From Clostridia bacterium (lineage in GTDB: Bacteria; Bacillota; Clostridia; JAAYHZ01), in assembly GCA_050950825.1 (NCBI GenBank), contig JBMNIH010000003.1, forward strand, positions 64,001 through 128,000: a stretch of DNA of 64,000 nucleotides, given 5' to 3'. Under the pieces are notes generated by a model, which made no database searches, was not told the origin of the DNA, and worked only from the letters and a program-made list of their open reading frames with translations. The stretch's first letter is position 1; each line of letters begins with the position of its first letter. Shown here in pieces: positions 1 to 9,929 of this stretch. A program made the translations under genes and the position numbers.

Positions 1-942
1 CAGGTTTTCTTTGTACTTGGTGTATGCGTAATAGGGAACATAGTCTCCGGTTACCGGGTCGCGGTAGAAGTGGTTGCCGTCCTGATCAAATCCGAACATG
101 CCGTAGGAGGTGTAAACATCATACCATGTATCCGTGTACATGGCACCGTGGGTATCGTCGATACCGTTTCCGTCCGGATCGTCTTCCGTAAAGGCTCTCA
201 TGAGTTCCCTGAGCTCGTCGATGGAAAATTTCGTGTCGGAGAAGTACAATACATTATCCATATCGTCGTATGCTACGCTGGTCATGGGAACAAGGTTATC
301 CATTTGGTAGCCTAAGTTTTCCAGCCAATCCAAACGGAACATGGGTACGTGGCCGGTATGGTGAGCCATACATGTGAAAGAAGTAAGCCCGTAGTATTCG
401 TCTTCCTTATCTTCCACTCGATTGTGAAGGAATCCGATGGGGTCGGCCACCAGTTGCTTGTAGTAGGAGGGATAATACTGTTGAATCATCGATAAGGGAA
501 CGGTTCTTCCTAAGCCGTTTTCCACCATATACCGTCCCGTGGTGTAATAGAAGCCGTAGTCGGGAGCATCCCCTGCGGCTAACATCATTTGAACTTGCTC
601 CATGTTACTGGAGTCGATCATAATGTTCCACAGCTTGATATCCACGTTGAACATTTCTTCGAGCTCAAGTTCGTCCCATCTTCCTTCTTCATACAAATGG
701 GAGGTGTAGATACCGGTCAACCAGGTAATCACCATTTTTTCCGCAAAGGGATTTTCGATTTCCGTTTTGGCCGGTGCCGTCGTAGTAGTCGTTTCCGCTT
801 GCTTTGCGGTTGTCACACCTTTAGTTGTGGTTGCTGCCGTTGTCGTCACACTCGTTCCGTCCGGTGCCGTTTCTTGCTTTTGACATGCCGCGAAACTTAC
901 CAACAAGGTAACTATGAGAATAGCTACAAAAACCTTTTTCAT
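1..942 (-). CDS. Extracellular solute-binding lipoprotein (family 1 / LplA-AlgQ-like), 3' end truncated by window edge
   Basis: Not in the ORF track because it runs off the edge. Manual translation from ATG at 942 (AGGAGG at 951-956) gives MKKVFVAILIVTLLVSFAAC (lipobox), a Thr-rich linker, ENPFAEK, EEGRWDELELEE, FRLDWLENLGY and RAFTEDDPDGNGIDDT. It is a paralog of 27540-29366 and 34987-36879. Confidence 0.85.
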   Translation of the reverse strand, partial: MKKVFVAILIVTLLVSFAACQKQETAPDGTSVTTTAATTTKGVTTAKQAETTTTTAPAKTEIENPFAEKMVITWLTGIYTSHLYEEGRWDELELEEMFNVDIKLWNIMIDSSNMEQVQMMLAAGDAPDYGFYYTTGRYMVENGLGRTVPLSMIQQYYPSYYKQLVADPIGFLHNRVEDKEDEYYGLTSFTCMAHHTGHVPMFRLDWLENLGYQMDNLVPMTSVAYDDMDNVLYFSDTKFSIDELRELMRAFTEDDPDGNGIDDTHGAMYTDTWYDVYTSYGMFGFDQDGNHFYRDPVTGDYVPYYAYTKYKENL

Positions 943-1181
943 TCTTTTGACCTCCTTATACAGTTCATGTTTATCTATATACCTAAGAGAGCTTCCTCTC
1001 TTTTCGGTCTCAAAAGGTGTCCCTTTAAAAGACGCTAAACTGACGGAGACGAAATATATTCGAAAAAAGAACTAAAGGACTAACCTCCCTTGTTGTGTCT
1101 ATCTCTCTAAACTTCAATTATATGGCTATATTCAATTATATTTTACTAATCGTACGTACACAACCACATAAATTGTCCTGT

Positions 1182-2108
1182 TCATTTCAATTTATGTCCG
1201 TTTTTTGATTGTTTTCTGTATACAGAGGGTGTAACCCTCGTCAATTCACGAAAAGCACGCTGGAACGTGTTTAAAGAATTGTATCCGACTTTTTCCGCGA
1301 TCCGAGAAACCGCTTCATCCGTGTTTTTCAGAAGATACATGGCCACTTGGATACGCGTTAAGCTCAGTTTCTTTTTATAGGACATGTTGAAATATTTCTT
1401 CATGATGCGGTCAAAATGCCTGGGACTGATATTGAATTTTTCCGCAACGTCTTCCATCCGAATGTCCTTTGCATAATTGTATTCGAAAAAGGCGCCGATG
1501 GAATAAATCAATTTGAGTTCGCTTTCTTCGATATGATTTTTTTCTTCCGGCTTTTCCTTCGGTTCAAATCCCGGAAGAAGAATGCGAAAGATTTCCGTCA
1601 ATAGCAGCACGAACAGACAACGGATGCTGTCCCGACTGTTGAATTCATTGTTTTTAAATTCCCATTGAATTTTTTCCACGTAAGAAAACAAAAGCTTGGC
1701 ATCGTGAATCACAACAGGCTTCAGATCCAAAGGACGGCCGATCTTCTTTTCCATCTCGGCTTCATCGAACAGAAAAAGAATATGGTAAGGTCTTACGTAG
1801 GAACGAGAATCGGTGGAAAGATAGTGAGAGCAAAAGCGCGGTGTGTAGGAAACGGAATATTCTTTGAGTAAAAAGGCCTCCTCATCGATATGCATCACGC
1901 CTTCTCCTTTTGCAAACAAGCAAATTTCATGAAAGGCATGGCTGTGGTTTACCGCAAACCTTTTAACGGGCTCGTCCGTGAAAAATATGTTTTCCAAATA
2001 GATTTCAAAAGGTACGTCGTAAATGGAAAGATAAAGAACCGTATCATGCTCGCTGCTATCGATATACCTTAACAGAAATCGACTATCCATTTCATTATTA
2101 TTTCCCAT
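1182..2108 (-). CDS. AraC-family transcriptional regulator with N-terminal cupin domain
   Basis: HSHAFHEI cupin motif; C-terminal double HTH (IAEKVGYNSLNTFQRAFRELTRVTPSVYRK). Confidence 0.92.
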   Translation of the reverse strand: MGNNNEMDSRFLLRYIDSSEHDTVLYLSIYDVPFEIYLENIFFTDEPVKRFAVNHSHAFHEICLFAKGEGVMHIDEEAFLLKEYSVSYTPRFCSHYLSTDSRSYVRPYHILFLFDEAEMEKKIGRPLDLKPVVIHDAKLLFSYVEKIQWEFKNNEFNSRDSIRCLFVLLLTEIFRILLPGFEPKEKPEEKNHIEESELKLIYSIGAFFEYNYAKDIRMEDVAEKFNISPRHFDRIMKKYFNMSYKKKLSLTRIQVAMYLLKNTDEAVSRIAEKVGYNSLNTFQRAFRELTRVTPSVYRKQSKNGHKLK

Positions 2109-2239
2109 ATCGCACCTGCCGGGAAACGAGATATACTTACATATCTTCGTTTCTTTGTTTAACCTATATCCATATTACCATATTTACAGGCTAAAATCAG
2201 CCGGCGGGATCGAATGGGAAACATATTCAACACGGAAAA

Positions 2240-3643
2240 CTAGAATTTTATATTCTTCCTTGCATAATTCCATAGGTGAAGCACAAGATTTCGGTTTAAG
2301 TAAAGGGTGAATAGGACAAGTATGCCGGCGGCAACAATTTGCCAATAGATGTTTAATGTATAGTAGACAAAAAGTGTAATCATTAAAAGCAGTAAGCTCG
2401 GTATCAGTTTCGGAAAATCGATTTTTAAGTTGATAATATTTCCCACGGATTTGATTCTTATAAAATACAGTACGGCGAAGGAGATCATATTGGATAGGGC
2501 AACACCCCATATGGAAAACAGAGGGATCAGAACAAAGGACAAGACCACATTGCACAATGCCGATATCATGGTGGTAATTAAAGCTATCTTCGTTTTCATG
2601 GATGCCGTATAAACGGCACCTAAAAAGGTCGCTAAAGAATTAAAGGAGCTTCCGATCATCAATAAAGGAACAAATATCCAAGCATCCTTGTATTCTCCCC
2701 CTATGGTCAGCAAGTTATAGATTTTAATGGCCGGCAGCAAGCATGCCGTCATGGAAACGGTAAAGACGGTGAAGGAGGTTAGGCCTCTATTGAAGAATTC
2801 GTCTCTGTCCTCCGCTTCGAATTCGGTAATGACATTTTCTATCCAAGCTTTAAGGAAGATGGAATTTATGAGGATAATTAAGTTCGGAAATTTATAGGTG
2901 ACCGCCAAGATTCCGTTATCCGACGCATCATGGAATGAGATTAATATGTATTTTCCCAATAGACCGATCACCCACCAAGCAATTTGAGTCGGTATTAACG
3001 GTAAACCGAACTTCAATTGCTTTTTGATTTCTTCTTTTGATATTTTTTTTAAATCGATGTATTGCCAAATTTTCGTTCTTAAAGCCATAAGAATAGAAAT
3101 GACCAAAGAACCGGCAATGGAAGAAATCAGCAAGGATTCTCCGCCTAATCCCGGTCCAATAAGCAAGAAAATATTTAGAATCGCATTCACTGCCGCAAAA
3201 ATGAAATCGGACAAGGCATATTCCACCGTTCTATGAAAGCCTCGAACGACCTGCTGCAAAAATATACCCAAATAAGTGGCTAGAAAATAGACAAAAAACA
3301 AGAAGACATATTGAAATTTCAGAAAAATCCCAATGGGAAAATACAATATGGCAAAAACCGAAAGGCCGAATACAAATACGGCTAATGCATTGGTAAAGGT
3401 TTTACTCCTGTCATCCCGAGTTTCATCCGTCATTAAAAAACGAAATACCGACTCCGTAACTTGCATGGTGAATATGGGGGCTATCAAAGGAAGTGCGCTC
3501 ATGAGTATATCGACGGTACCGTAATCGGCCGAGGATAAATAAGCAGTATAGATGGGAAGAAGAATAAACCCCAAGATTTTTGAAGCAAAATTCCCCATGA
3601 AGTATATAATGGTTGTTTTTATGACTCTATCGTTTCTATCCAT
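2240..3643 (-). CDS. Wzx-type oligosaccharide flippase (MOP superfamily)
   Basis: 467 aa with many hydrophobic segments; N-terminal KILGFILLPIYTAYLSSADYG motif; last gene of the glycan operon. Confidence 0.88.
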   Translation of the reverse strand: MDRNDRVIKTTIIYFMGNFASKILGFILLPIYTAYLSSADYGTVDILMSALPLIAPIFTMQVTESVFRFLMTDETRDDRSKTFTNALAVFVFGLSVFAILYFPIGIFLKFQYVFLFFVYFLATYLGIFLQQVVRGFHRTVEYALSDFIFAAVNAILNIFLLIGPGLGGESLLISSIAGSLVISILMALRTKIWQYIDLKKISKEEIKKQLKFGLPLIPTQIAWWVIGLLGKYILISFHDASDNGILAVTYKFPNLIILINSIFLKAWIENVITEFEAEDRDEFFNRGLTSFTVFTVSMTACLLPAIKIYNLLTIGGEYKDAWIFVPLLMIGSSFNSLATFLGAVYTASMKTKIALITTMISALCNVVLSFVLIPLFSIWGVALSNMISFAVLYFIRIKSVGNIINLKIDFPKLIPSLLLLMITLFVYYTLNIYWQIVAAGILVLFTLYLNRNLVLHLWNYARKNIKF

Positions 3644-3648
3644 AAACT

Positions 3649-5955
3649 TTACCTGTTCCTTATAACCGAACGAACCCTGTTGTATAGATTGTACAATTTT
3701 TCATAGAGTTCAAACCCGCTGCAATATAAAGAAGCCAAATCGTCTAACGACTTCGTATCCGATTTTAAATCCTCAATCAGTTCTTCATAAAACACCGGTT
3801 TAATCGGATTATACGGGTATTGTACCGTCCAATAATCGCTGCATTCTTTCTCTTCCGGCACTACCCTGTTCTCCGTCTTTAACTTATGGAGGATGGCATC
3901 TCCCGCCTCGGTTAACGCAATCACCATGGATACTCCTTCTTTATCCTTCCGATATCCGGGTCCCCAATAATCTCCGATTCGAATATCCGCCGATGAAGCG
4001 ATTCGAAACTTGCATTCGTAACAAGATTCCATGCAGCAATTACGTAAGTGAAAAAAGCGATAAAAAAGGTCGTTTTTTTCTTCCTTCCGGTACGTTTTGC
4101 CTTGGCCTTCAATTTTCATATACTTTTTACTCCAACCCTCCGACTTGTCCCGAAATCGAACATCGGGATTAAAGCCATATCCGTAGCGTTTGGAGCCTTC
4201 TTTCAAGTACTTCTCCCAAAGATACCGGCTCGGTACTCCGTAGCATATGAGGTCTATCAATACGTATTGTTCTCGCTTGTTTTTCGACTTTAGCAAAAGA
4301 TCAAGCCCCGCTATTTGGCAAGGAGTTCCGAAAACAACCGCCCTTTGCGTTTGATCCATGACCTGCGAAAATGCGACTTTTGTATTGCTCTGCAAATACT
4401 TCGAGCCTTTCAATTGCTCCAAAGAATCCGTGTCAAAAGCCTTTATAAGCCTGTGAACCGCTTCGTTTTTGCTTCTGTCATAAACGCACCCGGCAACATC
4501 ATAGCCTTTCTCCGAAAGGTATCGCGCGATTTCAAACCCGGCTCCGCCGGAGGAAGAAGTAGCTAAAACATTTTTGCATGTTGATTTTAGCATGTATAAC
4601 GAATGTTTGTCTCGATCAATTTTTTGAGTAATATCATTGCCGAAGGGACAGACCGTTCTGCATTTTTTGCATCGTACGCATTTTTCTGCATCGATGAAAA
4701 ATTTCAAAAAGCCAAGTTTGTCTCTTCTTATATCGATGGCATCCTTCGGGCAGACAAGGGAACATACTCCGCAACCGCAGCAAGTGTTTGTAATAACATA
4801 ATCGTATTTACTTTCTTTGCAGGTGTTTATTGCATTCTTTATGGCATTGCTTAAAAAAGCAACGGATTCCGTACGCTTTTCCTCTAATCTTTTGTTACAA
4901 TCGGAATAATCGCATTCGAAAGGATTGTTATACGGCACATTCGTATCTTTCACTAACCTATAATCCAAACCCAACAGTCGTAGAATATGATGGATTCTGG
5001 AATTCTGATTGTTTGCGTCTTTACTTTTGAACCTTTCATAGGTTAAAAAAGGTTTTTGATACAAAATGGAAATACAGGTTCCGTGGAAGGAATCCGTACA
5101 TACCAATGCGGCATTTTTAATAAGGGTTAAAAACTCGGCAGGTCCAATCCCCGGCAATACTTCTTGGCCCCATTGAACATCGCTTTGAAACACAGGGATG
5201 ACTTTTAACGGCAAGCCTATTTTTTTGCTCATTTCAAGGGCATGAGACCGGTTACTTTTATTAGTCCCCAAAAAGTAGCACAGGATATACGGCTTGTCCT
5301 CATCTATCATGCCAAGACTTGGAGATGCCAATTTGTCCCATTCTTCGGAGGTTAAAAGAAGCGTCGGATCCAAAACGACCTGCGCCTTTTTTCCGCTGAT
5401 CCGTTTTATGATTTCCGCTCCTTGTTCTTCCCGTACCGATAAAGAAACAAAGCCTTTTAAATGTTCGGCCATCCGCATTTTAACATAAGGATCGTCGATT
5501 TTCGTTAAGCCGATACTGGGAGCATAAGCAATTCTTTTATTCGGATTTTCGACAAAAGAAAGAAAATATTTCTCGTTAAAAAAGGTAGGCGCCCATATTT
5601 GATCGCTTCCGCACACAAAGGCATCGTATTCTTCATTCAGTAAGAACAAATCCGAGTCCGTTTTGCACTCTTTCGTATAACAAATATATTTTCCTAAAAA
5701 CTCCTCAAAGGCTTTCTCTTTTGCCGGATCTATAAAAGGGACTTCTTTTCCGGTTCTTCTTTTTTTTCTTAAAAGGTCGATATATCCGGATAAACGATTC
5801 AAATTCGACATCGTCACCAATTGTCCGTGGGGAACATAGTCGATCACATCCACGGAATACCCTAGCTTTTTTATGCCGGAAGACAATGCGGTTACTTGCA
5901 AAGCCGTACCGAAATTACGGTAATGCGACCATGTCATTATAGCGATCCTATTCAC
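3649..5955 (-). CDS. Fusion: polysaccharide pyruvyltransferase-like domain + 2x[4Fe-4S] ferredoxin + F420-hydrogenase/dehydrogenase beta-subunit (FrhB/FdhB)-like domain
   Basis: N-terminal half has NFGTALQ, VCGSDQIW, IAYAPSIG, SVREEQG, VLDPTLLL and TDSFHG. Then CCGCGVCSLVCP and CVRCKKCRTVCP, followed by SSSGG, GSKYLQS, GTPCQIAG, DLICYGVPS, SCYEC and DIRIGDYWG. Confidence 0.85.
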   Translation of the reverse strand: MNRIAIMTWSHYRNFGTALQVTALSSGIKKLGYSVDVIDYVPHGQLVTMSNLNRLSGYIDLLRKKRRTGKEVPFIDPAKEKAFEEFLGKYICYTKECKTDSDLFLLNEEYDAFVCGSDQIWAPTFFNEKYFLSFVENPNKRIAYAPSIGLTKIDDPYVKMRMAEHLKGFVSLSVREEQGAEIIKRISGKKAQVVLDPTLLLTSEEWDKLASPSLGMIDEDKPYILCYFLGTNKSNRSHALEMSKKIGLPLKVIPVFQSDVQWGQEVLPGIGPAEFLTLIKNAALVCTDSFHGTCISILYQKPFLTYERFKSKDANNQNSRIHHILRLLGLDYRLVKDTNVPYNNPFECDYSDCNKRLEEKRTESVAFLSNAIKNAINTCKESKYDYVITNTCCGCGVCSLVCPKDAIDIRRDKLGFLKFFIDAEKCVRCKKCRTVCPFGNDITQKIDRDKHSLYMLKSTCKNVLATSSSGGAGFEIARYLSEKGYDVAGCVYDRSKNEAVHRLIKAFDTDSLEQLKGSKYLQSNTKVAFSQVMDQTQRAVVFGTPCQIAGLDLLLKSKNKREQYVLIDLICYGVPSRYLWEKYLKEGSKRYGYGFNPDVRFRDKSEGWSKKYMKIEGQGKTYRKEEKNDLFYRFFHLRNCCMESCYECKFRIASSADIRIGDYWGPGYRKDKEGVSMVIALTEAGDAILHKLKTENRVVPEEKECSDYWTVQYPYNPIKPVFYEELIEDLKSDTKSLDDLASLYCSGFELYEKLYNLYNRVRSVIRNR

Positions 5956-6683
5956 ATCCGTGACCCCTTCATTTTATTCTTTACTTTTACCACAAACTCC
6001 GTTCCTTTGGTACCGATAATTCGTTTTATCTCGTCATTCAGCTTTTCTCTTTTTGACTTCCAAGATCCTGAAAAACGATGAATCGTATAGGTATTTTCAT
6101 TGGCACATATTTTACCGGTTCTCAAATCCTTTGCACAGAAAAAATCAAATGGATAGACATGCAAATCTTCTTTTAATACTTGGTAAGCGTCTTTCGGCTC
6201 CCAACCGTAAGCTTTCTTTGTAAACTCGGCAACCAAGTAGGTGTTAGGAATAGTATCGTAACTTCCGTCGGGAAGTATGAATCTTTTATTCTCGTATTCG
6301 GCCAATAAATCCTTTATCCACGGATGGCCGGATTCCGCCCCTATGGTTCCGGTGCCTAACAAAACATCGCTCTCACAGCCAATGAACGCTTTATGCACAA
6401 GGAACGGATCCAAGGGCTTTAATGCTTCCACATCGGTATCCATGTAGATACCGCCGTAGTTGTATAAAGCATAGAGTCTTACGTAGTCGGAAACAAAAGC
6501 GTATTTATTTACTTCATAAGCTTCTTTAACAAAAGTGTGCTTGGTAACGTCGAATCGCTCTTCATTCCACATAATAAATTCATAATCGGGCATATGTTTT
6601 TTCCACGATCGGATGCATTTGTTTGCAAGCTTCGGCATTTTGCCTTTGCCGAACCAGCAGTAATGAATGATTTTCGGTATCAA
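5952..6683 (-). CDS. DXD-motif glycosyltransferase (GT32 / Och1-like)
   Basis: IPKIIHYCWFG, AFVSDYVRLYALYNYGGIYMDTDVE. Probable TTG start at 6683 with AGGAG upstream, overlapping the upstream stop. Confidence 0.9.
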   Translation of the reverse strand: MIPKIIHYCWFGKGKMPKLANKCIRSWKKHMPDYEFIMWNEERFDVTKHTFVKEAYEVNKYAFVSDYVRLYALYNYGGIYMDTDVEALKPLDPFLVHKAFIGCESDVLLGTGTIGAESGHPWIKDLLAEYENKRFILPDGSYDTIPNTYLVAEFTKKAYGWEPKDAYQVLKEDLHVYPFDFFCAKDLRTGKICANENTYTIHRFSGSWKSKREKLNDEIKRIIGTKGTEFVVKVKNKMKGSRM

Positions 6684-8824
6684 AGCGCAGTCTCCTTTTT
6701 GCAAGTTTTAGACTTTTTCTTATTTATGAAATCCACGTTATACCCAAAAGCAAAAAGAATGATCAAATCCAAAAAACCCATAGCCTCGGAAAACAGAACC
6801 AAGGCTATCGAGAATATGCCTATGGAAATAACCTTTGCCGCATCGTTTTTTCTTTCCTTGAAAAGCTTGACCGGTACAAAAAACGCCGTCAAGCAAAAGA
6901 CAAACAAGGAGACCAAGCCTCCTTCGATGGTCAGCTGCAAAAACTGGTTGTGAGCGCTCAAAAGACCGTCTCTGGCCGTAGGAACAATGTTATAGTCTCC
7001 GGTCATTCCGCGACCTAATACGGGTTTTTCTTTGATCATCTCGATAGCGTTATCCCATAAGTTAATTCTTCCCGACAAGTTTTCAACTCTTTTTGCATCC
7101 TTTTTCAATAACCGTACAAATATATCCGTATACTTTTTTTGAACCTCAAAAACGAACACCGATACAAAAACGCCGATATACGCTAACGAATAGGTGATTA
7201 CGTTGAATACGATCTCCCTTTTCATGATGAAGGGGAAAAGGTAGTAAACAAGGATCGGTATCCACGAAGCGATATTGGATCCGGATTCCGCATAATAGAT
7301 CATATACGTACAAACACCCAGCATACCGGCAATAAGTATGCTTCGAAGCCAATGCTTTTTCTGTACGTTCCTCAACGATAGCATTACCATTGTGAGGATA
7401 TAGATCGGCGACAATTGGTTGGCATGTCTTAAGAAAAACCAATATTTTCTCGTAAGGTTAAGAGGGTTCGTAATCATCGTCACGAAATTAATCAACACCA
7501 AAATGCTCAAGACCGTTGCAAAGGCCGAAACCAATTGCCTCGGTTTTTTCTTAAGTCCCAGTTCAAAGAATGTATAGGCACCGATGATCGGGTAAGCCTC
7601 GGATATGACGGCTTTAACGGATCCGTCATTGATAATTGTAGATATCCCCTTACAGACATACAACAGCAAAAGACCTAAAAATACCGGGGAATAGGACCGC
7701 CTGCATTTATATACATAGATCAAAAAAGAAAGTACAAATACGATTCGTAGGCCGGTCAAGTAAACCGTGCTTACCGTATCCCATTCCAAATGAGTAACGT
7801 AATAGGGCTTGTAAAAGACGGCGGAAGCAAAGAAAAATAGGAGAAAATAAAATACATTTACCGAACGGGACAAGAAAGTCACGAACTTGTTTGTGTATTT
7901 GTATAGGTGCTTGTTGGTTTTAAACAAGAAGGCCTTGGCTTTGTTGCGAAAGCTTAAGGGTTTTCCCGTTAAAAACTCTTTGTCGTAAAGATCGTTGTAT
8001 TTTTTCCCGTACAAGTTTCCGGTATGAACCCCGTTTAAAAACAACATGGCCAGGTAATCGTTTAAAAGGCTTTTAAGCTCTTGGTCTTCCAAGGCTTCAT
8101 AAAGCTCCTCAAGCTCGTAGCAGGTTTTTACCAAATCGATTCCGTTTTTCCTTTGGTTCTTCTTCCTCATGATGGAGTCTTTTCGAACTACGTAATAATA
8201 GAAAGGGAATTTTACGTACTTGACTTTTCGAGCTTTTAAGAAAACCCTCGGCGTCCACTGTTGGTCTTCATGAAGGATTCCTTTTTTAAAGAACAATTCG
8301 TTTTCTATCAAAAAATCTCTTCGATGCAAATGAAGCCATGCGGTCATGTACATTTTATCGGCCTTCAGCTGTATTTTCATAAACTCTTTTCCGGTTAATA
8401 CGGAATCCGAAGGAATTTCAACATGGCTCATTTCAACCTCTTCGTCCCCTTGTATTTGAACCGCATCCCCTACAAGGATATCCATGCCTTCTTGCAGCTG
8501 CTCACAAAAAACCTCGCAGGTTTTTTCGTGAATATAGTCGTCGGAGTCCACGAACAGAACATAGTCTCCCGAGGCTTTCAAAAGCCCTGCGTTTCGTGCA
8601 TCGGAAAGGCCCCCGTTTTCTTTGTGTATCACGTGCACACGAGGATCTTCTTTTCCGTAGGCATCGCAAATTTGAGGACATTCATCCGGACTGCCGTCGT
8701 CCACAAGTATAACTTCAATGTCTTTCATGGTTTGGTTTAATATGCTGTCTACGCATCGATGTATCGTACTTTCCGTCATATACACCGGTACGACGATGGA
8801 AATCTTCGGTTTTAACATGAGCAT
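6680..8824 (-). CDS. Fusion: GT2 glycosyltransferase + O-antigen ligase/Wzy_C-like polytopic membrane domain
   Basis: N-terminal ~315 aa: ISIVVPVY, VDDGSPD, NGGLSDARNAG, FVDSDD, HED. C-terminal ~400 aa is polytopic, with LSGRINLW, KPVLGRG and SAHNQFLQLTIEGG. Confidence 0.82.
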   Translation of the reverse strand: MLMLKPKISIVVPVYMTESTIHRCVDSILNQTMKDIEVILVDDGSPDECPQICDAYGKEDPRVHVIHKENGGLSDARNAGLLKASGDYVLFVDSDDYIHEKTCEVFCEQLQEGMDILVGDAVQIQGDEEVEMSHVEIPSDSVLTGKEFMKIQLKADKMYMTAWLHLHRRDFLIENELFFKKGILHEDQQWTPRVFLKARKVKYVKFPFYYYVVRKDSIMRKKNQRKNGIDLVKTCYELEELYEALEDQELKSLLNDYLAMLFLNGVHTGNLYGKKYNDLYDKEFLTGKPLSFRNKAKAFLFKTNKHLYKYTNKFVTFLSRSVNVFYFLLFFFASAVFYKPYYVTHLEWDTVSTVYLTGLRIVFVLSFLIYVYKCRRSYSPVFLGLLLLYVCKGISTIINDGSVKAVISEAYPIIGAYTFFELGLKKKPRQLVSAFATVLSILVLINFVTMITNPLNLTRKYWFFLRHANQLSPIYILTMVMLSLRNVQKKHWLRSILIAGMLGVCTYMIYYAESGSNIASWIPILVYYLFPFIMKREIVFNVITYSLAYIGVFVSVFVFEVQKKYTDIFVRLLKKDAKRVENLSGRINLWDNAIEMIKEKPVLGRGMTGDYNIVPTARDGLLSAHNQFLQLTIEGGLVSLFVFCLTAFFVPVKLFKERKNDAAKVISIGIFSIALVLFSEAMGFLDLIILFAFGYNVDFINKKKSKTCKKETAL

Positions 8825-8829
8825 CCCCT

Positions 8830-9876
8830 TTAACGAACAAAATTTAAAACTTTCTCTTTAAAATCCTTGTTTTCTTTTATAACGACCTCCAAAAATCGTC
8901 TTCGTCCTTGATCAAAAAGTTCTACTTGAAAGCTTCTTATATAACCCAACACGGCATCTTCCGTATTATTGAAATCTTTGATTACAAGCCCCAGATCGTA
9001 TTCTTTCACAACCTCCGACAAATACGTCCCCTCAAAAGCGATAACGGGTTTTCCGTATATGGCGGCATTGTACAGCCGGTTTGTAAGGAAGGTTTTGCAA
9101 TTGATAAAATCGTTAGGCTCCAAAGCGTTGATCATATCGGAGCTCAAGTACAAAGAAGGCTCTTGTTCTCTTACATACCTTCCCGTAAGCTCTACGTTTC
9201 TTATGGGGCTTTGCTTTAAATAGGCATCGATGTCTTTGTTGACAAAGCCTTCCCCGTGAAACTTTAAGGATATACGCTTCGAATCCTTTAGAGCATTCAT
9301 AAAATCAACGGTTATTTGATATTCTCTTAAGGCCCCGATATAGTTTATAAAAATATGTTCTTTGGCGGGAAGGCTTGGATCCGCCTCATGGATGTTTTCT
9401 AAGGATTCGATTCGGGTATTATGGTTGACGGTATAGGTTTCTCCTTCGGGAAGCCATTGCTTGTATGCCGGCGACGATAAAACCGTAGAAGTCGCGTTTT
9501 GAATGGCCTTCTTCATATTAAAACAATGCATTAAAGGATGATAATCCCGTATATCGATGATGTACTTGTTCTTGTACTTCTTCAACAAATACCGATGCAA
9601 GAAAAACAAAAGCTGAATTCCGAAAACAACGATTTTATCGTATCGATATTTCTTCAGAAGCTTAAATACGAAGGAAGAGTACTTTACATAATCAAAAAAG
9701 CCTCTTTTGTAGCAAGCCTTTGAATCTCGGAAAACAAATTCGTTAATCTCTTCGATTTGAAATCGGTCCCATCGAATAACGTCGTATTTTATGCCCTCTT
9801 CGTCTAATATTTTTGTATAGTTTCCAACGTAAGGCATATACAACATATTGGCAGGACATACCAAAGCAATTTTCAT
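8830..9876 (-). CDS. Capsular-biosynthesis glycosyltransferase (GT-B fold, putative)
   Basis: DIRDY, YIGALR and LTNRLYNAAIYGKPVIA motifs resemble a GT-B C-terminal domain; operon context. Confidence 0.65.
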   Translation of the reverse strand: MKIALVCPANMLYMPYVGNYTKILDEEGIKYDVIRWDRFQIEEINEFVFRDSKACYKRGFFDYVKYSSFVFKLLKKYRYDKIVVFGIQLLFFLHRYLLKKYKNKYIIDIRDYHPLMHCFNMKKAIQNATSTVLSSPAYKQWLPEGETYTVNHNTRIESLENIHEADPSLPAKEHIFINYIGALREYQITVDFMNALKDSKRISLKFHGEGFVNKDIDAYLKQSPIRNVELTGRYVREQEPSLYLSSDMINALEPNDFINCKTFLTNRLYNAAIYGKPVIAFEGTYLSEVVKEYDLGLVIKDFNNTEDAVLGYIRSFQVELFDQGRRRFLEVVIKENKDFKEKVLNFVR

Positions 9877-9929
9877 GACTTTTCTCCCGTAAACCGGTGT
9901 TTACAAACATTTTCAATCGATCGATACCA

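Noticed and set aside
70-1038. Plus-strand ORFs 70-315 and 589-1038 (Cys/Arg-rich)
   Set aside because: They are antisense shadows of the SBP gene. The Cys-rich stretch is the reverse complement of the Thr-rich linker.
3649-5955. Literal F420-reducing hydrogenase / methanogen gene
   Set aside because: No hydrogenase subunits or F420 genes nearby; the context is glycan biosynthesis in a bacterium.
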